A stretch of 24,000 bases of DNA, from NCBI GenBank assembly GCA_016927175.1, contig JAFGNC010000242.1, positions 6,126-30,125 of the forward strand. Reading direction: 5' to 3'. The notes under the pieces were generated by a model that was not told the DNA's origin, did not search any database, and saw only the letters and a program-made list of their open reading frames with translations. The position numbers were made by a program, and so were the translations under genes. Below, in pieces: positions 6,119 through 12,771 of this stretch; position 1 is the first letter of the stretch, and every line of letters begins with the position of its first letter. This DNA comes from Gammaproteobacteria bacterium. GTDB lineage: Bacteria; Pseudomonadota; Gammaproteobacteria; Steroidobacterales; Rariloculaceae.

Positions 6119-7270
6119 TCAACGCGCCCGATTCGCGCGTCCGAGCGGGATACCGGCTTCATCCGCCGGAATGGATTGCGTGGCGCGGGAACGGAGCAGC
6201 GCCTGCGCGCCGTCCTCGCCGACCACGCTCGCGAGGCGCGCAGACGCGTCCGCCTCGAGCTCGCGCAGCCGGTCCGACACGGCGGCCGGATCGTTGCCGG
6301 ACGCTTCGATCATCCCGAGCATCTGCTCGTCGAGCCGGACCAGCAGCTCGTATGCCTGCATCGTCGTCTGCTCGGACCAGCCGCGGCGCCTCGCGACCTC
6401 CGCGACCGCGGAGAATGTCGGATCGCGCCCCGCCCACAGGCGCGCGAACGCGCGTGCGCCGAGCAGCCGCTCGAGCTCCGCGCGCATGTCGAGGTGATCG
6501 CGCAGCGAGCCGCCGCTCTGCATCGAGCGCAGCAGCACGAACGCGTCGCGAAACTCCTGCTCGGACAACGCATCCGTTGCGGCGCGCAGCCGGCTCGCGA
6601 GCGGCGACTCACGCAGCTCGTACTCGAGCAGCGAGCTCGGGCGCAGCGCTGCCGAGAAATCGGGCCCGGGCCCGGCTGCCGGCGCAGCGCCGCGGCGAGT
6701 CTGCACGGCGTCGGATACCGGGCCGACCGCGGCCGCTGCCCGCTGCGCCTCGAGCCGCGCGCGCCGCACTGCGAGCTGCTCTTCCGAGCTCAGGAAGCGG
6801 AGATACGGATCGAGCGGCCGGAACAGCCTCGTGAAGACGGGCTCGCCGGCGGCTCCGTCGCCGAAAGCGCGCAGCAGCTTCTGCCGGACGCCCTGCTCGG
6901 CCTCGAGCGCCGCGAGCGCGTGATCGATTCGGCTTTCCGGACCCTCTCGCCAGTATGTGTCGGCGGGCGGATCGAGCGCCGAGCGAGCCTCCCGCTCGAG
7001 CTTCGCGAGCACAAGGGTTTTCGCTTCCTCGTCATCGAGCCCGAGCGAAAGCAGCGCCGCGTAGTACTCCCCCGCCGAGGCATCCGGGCCCTCGCGGCGC
7101 GCAGCGCGCGGCGCGCCGGGCTTCGGCGACCGGGACGCTTCGCCGGAGCCGGAAACGCTGCCCAGCTCGATCCGCTGCCAGGAGTCGTAGCGACTCGGCG
7201 CGTCGCGCGCGATCAGCAGAGCGAACGCGGCATTCGCGAGCAGAGAACAGAACAACACCGCCTTGACCAC
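6119..7270 (-). CDS. N-terminally membrane-anchored, all-helical repeat protein (possible periplasmic chaperone/foldase-like)
   Basis: The GTG start at 7270 is preceded by GGGAGGG. It has a single N-terminal TM (VKAVLFCSLLANAAFALLIA), a low-complexity linker and then four helical repeats. Each repeat begins with an acidic S/D-E-E/Q motif: GLDDEEAKTLVLAKL, LSSEEQLAVRRARL, LSEQEFRDAFVLLRSM, WSEQTTMQAYELLVRL. Confidence 0.8.
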   Translation of the reverse strand: MVKAVLFCSLLANAAFALLIARDAPSRYDSWQRIELGSVSGSGEASRSPKPGAPRAARREGPDASAGEYYAALLSLGLDDEEAKTLVLAKLEREARSALDPPADTYWREGPESRIDHALAALEAEQGVRQKLLRAFGDGAAGEPVFTRLFRPLDPYLRFLSSEEQLAVRRARLEAQRAAAAVGPVSDAVQTRRGAAPAAGPGPDFSAALRPSSLLEYELRESPLASRLRAATDALSEQEFRDAFVLLRSMQSGGSLRDHLDMRAELERLLGARAFARLWAGRDPTFSAVAEVARRRGWSEQTTMQAYELLVRLDEQMLGMIEASGNDPAAVSDRLRELEADASARLASVVGEDGAQALLRSRATQSIPADEAGIPLGRANRAR

Positions 7271-7398
7271 GCGGCCCTCCCGGGCGTCGTCGGGGAAGGC
7301 TCAGTGTGGGTTGCCGGCGTCGGGGAGTCGCGCTCCCTTACTGGCTCATTCGCGCAGTATCGGTCGGCGACGGAGGATCAAGGCTCCCGCCGCAGCCG

Positions 7399-8322
7399 TC
7401 ACACCTGCTCGATGAGCTCCCGCATGCGGCGCCGCACGTCCGCGCCCGGCAGCTCGCCGAAAGCGGCTCTGATGTTCTCTTCCATGTGCGCCGGGTTCGT
7501 CGTCTCCGTCAGCACGCACGTCACGGCCGGATGCGCCAGGATGTACTTCAGCGAAAACTGCGCCCAGCTCTCACAGCCGATTTCCTGCGCCCAGCCCGGC
7601 AGCGCCACGCCTTCCAGACGATCGAAATACGCGCCGTTCATGAAGGGGCGGTTGATCAGCACCGCAATACCGCGGTCGGCCAGCGCGGGAAGCAGGCGCT
7701 CTTCGGCGCGGCGCTCGGTGATCGAATAGTTCACCTGCACGAAGTCGGGCGACTCGCGCTCGATGAAAGCAGCCAGCCTGTCGTAGAGGCGGTATTCGGC
7801 GACGGTGACTCCGATGTAGCGCGCGGCTCCGGAGGCCTTCATGTCCATCAGCGTCGGCCAGTGCGTCTCGAGGTCCGTCAGGCTGAAGATCTGCGCGAGA
7901 TCGAACGTCTCGCGCCGGTACAGACGCTGGGTCTCGCGAAACTGCTCGAGCCCCGCCTCTTTCCCTTCCCTGTCGATCTTCATCGTGACGAACAGCCGAT
8001 CCGCAAACTCCGGCGCCGACACGACTCTGCCGAAGCCGGCGTCGTTGGCGGCATCGCGCGGCCATGTGTCTACGACGCTGCCCCCATGCTCGATCAGCGT
8101 TCGCAACACGGCCGCCAGAGGCTCCGTCCCTTCCGCTGCGATCTCGGATACGACCTTGCTCGAGCCGAGGCCGATGATCGGCAGCGTCTCGCCGGTCCCC
8201 GGGATCTCGCGCACCGGCAGGCGCTGCTGGGCCAGCACGCGCGGCGGAGCGCAAGCGGCGACACCTGCGGCCGCCACGCCGCCGAGAAACTCACGTCTGC
8301 CGGTCATGATGCGTGAAGTCAT
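7399..8322 (-). CDS. Tat-exported aldo/keto reductase-fold protein
   Basis: It has a twin-arginine signal (MTGRREFLGGVAAAGVAACA) and GAGGAGA upstream of the ATG at 8322. It is collinear with AKRs (VVDT..., LFVTMKI, ARYIGVT, VQVNYSITER, NPAHMEENI). Confidence 0.9.
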   Translation of the reverse strand: MTSRIMTGRREFLGGVAAAGVAACAPPRVLAQQRLPVREIPGTGETLPIIGLGSSKVVSEIAAEGTEPLAAVLRTLIEHGGSVVDTWPRDAANDAGFGRVVSAPEFADRLFVTMKIDREGKEAGLEQFRETQRLYRRETFDLAQIFSLTDLETHWPTLMDMKASGAARYIGVTVAEYRLYDRLAAFIERESPDFVQVNYSITERRAEERLLPALADRGIAVLINRPFMNGAYFDRLEGVALPGWAQEIGCESWAQFSLKYILAHPAVTCVLTETTNPAHMEENIRAAFGELPGADVRRRMRELIEQV

Positions 8323-8476
8323 CGATCGTTCTCCTCAGTTGCGGCCGCGGGATCTTCCGCGCCCGTTGACCGTGCCGCTTCGATTCTACCTAAGGCGCGG
8401 CGCCGCCGGAGTCGGCGTTGCCTGAGCGTCCCGCAGGCGCTAGCATTAGATCGTTCAAGGCATAGGGCGACGCGAC

Positions 8477-8815
8477 GTGCGACAAACGAACCCTCCCTTC
8501 ATGACGGGCGTGCCGGAGCTCCTGGTACTGCGCCTGCTATCCAACAGAGAAATGTACGGCTACGAGCTCGTCAAGGCGATCCAGACCGCGACCGGCGAGG
8601 CCATCTCTTTCGGCGAGGGAGTCGTTTACCCGGCGCTGTATGGCCTCGAGGAGCGCGGCGCGCTGAAGGCCAAGCGCAAGGTGGTCAACGGGCGCTCGAG
8701 GGTCTATTACGCGCTGACGGCGAAAGGGCGCGCGCGCCTCGATCATCTGACGCAGGAATGGCAGCGCGTCACGGACGGGATACTGAGCGCTCTCGGGGCG
8801 GCCGGCAGTGCCTGA
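8477..8815 (+). CDS. PadR family transcriptional regulator
   Basis: LLVLRLLSNREMYGYELVKAIQ...GVVYPALYGLEERGALKAKRKVVNGRSRVYYALTAKG is a typical PadR winged helix. The track start is the GTG at 8477. The ATG at 8501 (MTGVPELLVL) is an alternative start. Confidence 0.85.
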   Translation: MRQTNPPFMTGVPELLVLRLLSNREMYGYELVKAIQTATGEAISFGEGVVYPALYGLEERGALKAKRKVVNGRSRVYYALTAKGRARLDHLTQEWQRVTDGILSALGAAGSA

Positions 8816-8911
8816 GCCGCGCTGCCGCACGGCCCGCCATCGCCCGTCTTCGCGAGGCGCGCCGCCGGCCGGCGCGACCAAGGGCCGCTGAGGCGTCGGG
8901 GAGATCGTCGG

Positions 8912-9985
8912 ATGCGGTCGGACCCGGAATTCGATGCTCTTCTGCGACAACTCCTCCGCACCGGAGTCGCGCCCAAATACGTCACGCGGCTGACCGCCGA
9001 GCTTCAGGACCATTACCGCGATCTCGAGGACGAGGCCCGTAGGGCCGGCGTGCCGGCCGATCAGATTCGCGCGGATGCGCGGGAGCGCCTCGGGCGATGC
9101 TCGGCCATTGCCGACGAGTTCGACAGGCATCCGGAGCTGCTGTCCTGGATCTGCACGTCCGAGTGGCTCGCGACCCTGCTGCGCTCGGTCGCGAGCGGCT
9201 ACGTTGCCGTCTGCACTCCGTTACGCGCGCTGGCGGCCGGCCCCGATGCGCTGATGCGCTATACGGCGGCGGGTGCCGCCGGCGCTGCCGTGACGGCCGT
9301 TCTGCTGCTGTCGATGGTCGGCGCGCTGTCTCCCCACTCGAGAACGGTACACGCGATGACCGAAGCGCTGCGCGTGCCGGCGGAAGGGATACAGCGACGG
9401 CGCCTGATGGCGGACGCGCCTCCGGCGGCGTCGAGCCGAAGCCGGGCTGCCCCCGGGCGCCGCGGCGCGGACCGCGGCGAACCTCCCGGCGGAGATCGCG
9501 CCGCGACGGTGACGACCAAGGACGGCCGCGGCATGCGAGCCTACGGCGCCGGGCCGCGACCCGTCTACACCGACACGCTGCATGTCGACCTGCCGACCGT
9601 CGACTTTTGGCCGGACGCGCGGTCCTCCGCCCTGCCGACCGTCGAGCTCGACGGAATCGGAGTTCCCCGGCTGCCGACCGTCGCCGTGCCGGTCCCGAGC
9701 GCGGACACGGCGGGCGGCGTTCCGAAACCGATCGTCGGCGTGCTGCCGGAGTACCCGCGAAAGGCCGCGCGCTTCGGGCTCGAGGGCCGCGTCGTCGTGG
9801 AGTACACCGTCAGCCGGCTCGGCACTGCGGAAGAGATCGTCATCGTGGAGTCCACGCACGAGCTGTTCCATCGCGCCGCGCTCGACGCCGCGCGCGAATT
9901 TCGCTTCGCCCCGCGGCTCGTCGGTGGTGAGCCCGTGGACGTGCACGGCGTCCGCACGACCATCCGATTCATGCTCGAGCGTTGA
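8912..9985 (+). CDS. Membrane protein with a PadR-partner-like helical N-domain, one TM and a C-terminal TonB domain
   Basis: The N-terminal ~90 aa are helical and charged (LTAELQDHYRDLEDEARRAGVPADQIRADARERLG), as in sensor partners encoded next to PadR genes. It has one TM (AAGAAGAAVTAVLLLSMVGAL) and an Ala/Arg/Pro-rich linker with three LPTV repeats. The TonB_C signature is PEYPRKAARFGLEGRVVVEYTV...GTAEEIVIVEST...FRFAPRLVGGEPV. Confidence 0.8.
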   Translation: MRSDPEFDALLRQLLRTGVAPKYVTRLTAELQDHYRDLEDEARRAGVPADQIRADARERLGRCSAIADEFDRHPELLSWICTSEWLATLLRSVASGYVAVCTPLRALAAGPDALMRYTAAGAAGAAVTAVLLLSMVGALSPHSRTVHAMTEALRVPAEGIQRRRLMADAPPAASSRSRAAPGRRGADRGEPPGGDRAATVTTKDGRGMRAYGAGPRPVYTDTLHVDLPTVDFWPDARSSALPTVELDGIGVPRLPTVAVPVPSADTAGGVPKPIVGVLPEYPRKAARFGLEGRVVVEYTVSRLGTAEEIVIVESTHELFHRAALDAAREFRFAPRLVGGEPVDVHGVRTTIRFMLER

Positions 9986-10722
9986 GGCGCAAACCGCTAA
10001 TCGGCGCGCTGTTGCTCGCTGCAACTCTGATCGCCACGGGCGCGTCCGCGCAGCGCTTCGGACGCCGGATGCCGCCGACGCAGAACGACCCGCCGCCTAC
10101 GGAGCTCGTGGTCGCCCGCTGGCGCTACGGCACGAACGGCTGGTTCGGTCATATGGGGTGGTCGCACAACTACCCGAGCTCCGATCGCAACCTGAACGAG
10201 TTTATAGCCAACGCGACCGGCGTGGACGTCGACCTGATCTCGTATCGCATCGTCGACCTCGGGAGCGAGGAGGTCTTCGACTATCCGTTCGCTTACGTGT
10301 CGGAACCCGGCGAGATGGAGCTGACCGAGCAGGAAGTGTCGAACATGAGGGAGTTCGTTCAGCGGGGCGGCTTCATTCTGATGGACGATTTCGACGGCCC
10401 GCTGCAGCTCGGCAACATGCGCGCCCAGGTTCAGCGCGCGTTCCCCGAACGTCTCTTCGTGCCGATCGAGCCGGAGCACCCGCTGTTCGACGTCCACTTC
10501 TCGCTGCGTAACCTCGACAGGATGTCGCCCTATGTCCCGGGCGGATCGATCGTCTATTACGGGATCTACGACGACGCCGGGCGTCTGGTCGTGGCGGCCG
10601 GCTGGAACAACGATCTTGCGAACTTCTGGGACTGGTACGACGAGGCGCGGATGCCGCTCGAGCCTGCATCCGATGCCTTCAGGCTCGGGATCAACCTCGT
10701 GATCTGGGCCATGACCCACTGA
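9982..10722 (+). CDS. DUF4159-like exported protein
   Basis: The TTG start at 9982 overlaps the upstream stop (TTGA). It has a signal peptide (LIGALLLAATLIATGASA-QR). FDYPFAYVSEPGEMELTEQEVSNMREFVQRGGFILMDDF...FPERLFVPIEPEHPLF matches the DUF4159 pattern as I remember it. Confidence 0.85.
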   Translation: MRRKPLIGALLLAATLIATGASAQRFGRRMPPTQNDPPPTELVVARWRYGTNGWFGHMGWSHNYPSSDRNLNEFIANATGVDVDLISYRIVDLGSEEVFDYPFAYVSEPGEMELTEQEVSNMREFVQRGGFILMDDFDGPLQLGNMRAQVQRAFPERLFVPIEPEHPLFDVHFSLRNLDRMSPYVPGGSIVYYGIYDDAGRLVVAAGWNNDLANFWDWYDEARMPLEPASDAFRLGINLVIWAMTH

Positions 10723-10886
10723 CCGCGCGCTCGCAGCGGAATGGGCACCTCGCCAGGCCATTCGCTGTTTCCCGGCATTCCAGGGGAGGACTTGTGAAGA
10801 AACAGCGTGTGGGGCTTATCGGGGTCGGCCCGGCGAGGTACCCGCGTCACTAAAAGCAGGTTTTGTGCCAGTTCCGCACTCGTCGC

Positions 10887-10907
10887 AAAAACCGTGCTGT
10901 TGCACGG
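10887..10907 (-). terminator. Candidate intrinsic terminator of the mrp-like operon
   Basis: The minus strand reads CCGTGC-AACA-GCACGG (10892..10907) followed by TTTTT, about 90 nt downstream of the stop at 10996. Confidence 0.5.
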
Positions 10908-10995
10908 CCTGCGGCGCCCCATTGCCAGCCACTCGTTCGCGTCGCCGCTGCGAAGCTGACCACTCTGTGGCGGGTACCGCGAACAGTTGGCTCCG

Positions 10996-12771
10996 TCACA
11001 GCCACATCGCCGCGGCGGCGAGGAGCACTGCCAGCGCAATGAACAAAGCCAGCGACACGCTCCACTGCCCGAGCAGATTTTCGACGCGGATCGTGAAGCT
11101 CGGCCAAAGGCTGCTGTCGCGGGCCACTCGCGCCGCGCCCTGCACCGTGTCACGCGCGGCGGGCAGCGCACGTTGCGCGAAACCGATCCACAGCCTGCGC
11201 AGAGCCTGCGCGCCGCGCTCGGCGATCACGACCACGTCTCCCGGCGGCACCTCGGGCGGCGGCGGCACACGGCGCGACGCGACGAGGTGAGCCGCTGCAA
11301 TCGCGAGCGCAACGCCGAACGCGAGCGGCCAGAACGTTTCCCACAGCACGCCGGCGGCGAGCAGATTCGGCGGATCCTCGATCGGAAGCAGCCAGACGGC
11401 CGAAGCCGTCAGCAGCCACAGTGCCGCCCACGGCGCCGCGAGCATCGCCGCGCGGCGCCGGGTCGGTGCGGTGAGCGCGCGCTGCTGCGGTGATCGGCAG
11501 CCGCGCGGCCATGCGAGCCACAGGAAACGCGCGACGATCAGCGTCGTGGCGAGTGCGGTCCACGGGAGCAGAGTCGCGAGAACGGCTACCGCGGGCAGCT
11601 CGGCTTCGGCGAGCGATTCCTTCAGAAACTCCTTGGCCAGCATGCCGCTCGTGAACGGCGCTCCCGTCAACGCCACGGCCGGTAACAGCAGCCCTGCCCC
11701 GAGCGCCGCTCTGCGCCATCGCGACCGCGGTCGGTCGGAAGCCCAGTCGAGGCCGAGAAACAGCGCGCTCTTCGCGAACGCATGGTGCATCGCGTACAGA
11801 ACCACCGCGGCGATGATCTTGTCGGCGTGCAGTCCTGCCGCGGCAGCCGCACCGACGCCGGCGGTCATGACGCCCATCTGACTGACGCTCGAATAGCCGA
11901 GCACGGCCCGCGCCTCCCGTTGCAAGACTCCCACGACGGCGCCGTAGAAGGCTGCGGCGATGCCGGCCGGGATCAGCAGCGCGCCCAAGCCCGGCAGCGG
12001 CGTCCCGAAGGGCAGAAAACGCAGCCACGCCAGCAGCCCGGCGCTGAGAACCGCACCCGCCAGCACCGCCGCCGCCGGAATCGGCGCCGCGCGGTAGATC
12101 AGCGGCAGTGTCACGTGCAGGCCTATGAGCCCGAGCTTGACGCCGAAGCCGAGCACCACGAGTGCGAAGATCGTGTCGCGCCACGGCGAATCGATCACGG
12201 ACTCGCGGACGGCCTCGAACAGCAGGGAGCCGCCCGCCTCGAGGGCGGAAAGCACCAGCGCCGCGAACAGCAGCATGTCGCCGGCCACGACGAGGCTCAT
12301 GTAGATGCGGCCCGCACGCCTCGACTCGCGGCCTTTGCCGTGCACGATCAGGCCGTAAGCACCGAAGCTCATCAGCACGAAGAACAGGTAGAAAGCCAGT
12401 ATGTCGCGCGCGACGATCAGCCCGAGATTGCCGCTCATGACGAACAGAAAGAATACGAAGAAGCGGCTCCTTTCCGGATCCGGCACGAACGTGCGGGCAT
12501 GCAGGCCCGCCGCGAGCCAGATCGCGGAGCTGAAGAACAGGAACAGCCGCCCGGGCACGTCGAGCCCGAACTCGCTGCCTTCGAGCAGCCACGGCAGCGT
12601 CGCTGCGATGCCGGCCGGCATCAGCGCGCTCGTCACCAGCGCCGGCAGCGCCGCAAGGGCGGCAGTCGTCTGCCAGCGGCCGTCGCGGCGCCACCGCGGC
12701 GGCGCGAGCGCCAGCCCCAATGGCACGAGCGGCGTCATCAGCAGCAGAACCAGTGCCTCGATGCCGCTCAT
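10996..12771 (-). CDS. Proton-conducting antiporter-like subunit (NuoL/MrpA-like, complex I subunit 5 family) with a C-terminal extension
   Basis: The ATG at 12771 overlaps the upstream stop (ATGA). The rest of track ORF 10996..14184 is an alternate-frame read-through. Motifs are GFGVKLGLIGLHVTLPLIY, GYSSVSQMGVM and HHAFAKSALFLG. The last ~180 aa contain extra TMs and a long amphipathic stretch. Confidence 0.85.
   Translation of the reverse strand: MSGIEALVLLLMTPLVPLGLALAPPRWRRDGRWQTTAALAALPALVTSALMPAGIAATLPWLLEGSEFGLDVPGRLFLFFSSAIWLAAGLHARTFVPDPERSRFFVFFLFVMSGNLGLIVARDILAFYLFFVLMSFGAYGLIVHGKGRESRRAGRIYMSLVVAGDMLLFAALVLSALEAGGSLLFEAVRESVIDSPWRDTIFALVVLGFGVKLGLIGLHVTLPLIYRAAPIPAAAVLAGAVLSAGLLAWLRFLPFGTPLPGLGALLIPAGIAAAFYGAVVGVLQREARAVLGYSSVSQMGVMTAGVGAAAAAGLHADKIIAAVVLYAMHHAFAKSALFLGLDWASDRPRSRWRRAALGAGLLLPAVALTGAPFTSGMLAKEFLKESLAEAELPAVAVLATLLPWTALATTLIVARFLWLAWPRGCRSPQQRALTAPTRRRAAMLAAPWAALWLLTASAVWLLPIEDPPNLLAAGVLWETFWPLAFGVALAIAAAHLVASRRVPPPPEVPPGDVVVIAERGAQALRRLWIGFAQRALPAARDTVQGAARVARDSSLWPSFTIRVENLLGQWSVSLALFIALAVLLAAAAMWL

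Noticed and set aside
4078-7729. Long plus-strand ORFs 4078..5325 (415 aa) and 5912..7729 (605 aa), plus many shorter ones in between
   Set aside because: They lie antisense to the three-gene operon and the AKR gene. Their composition is low-complexity and Arg-rich, and they have no SD or family signal. The minus-strand frames carry signal peptides, TM segments, SDs and domain motifs.
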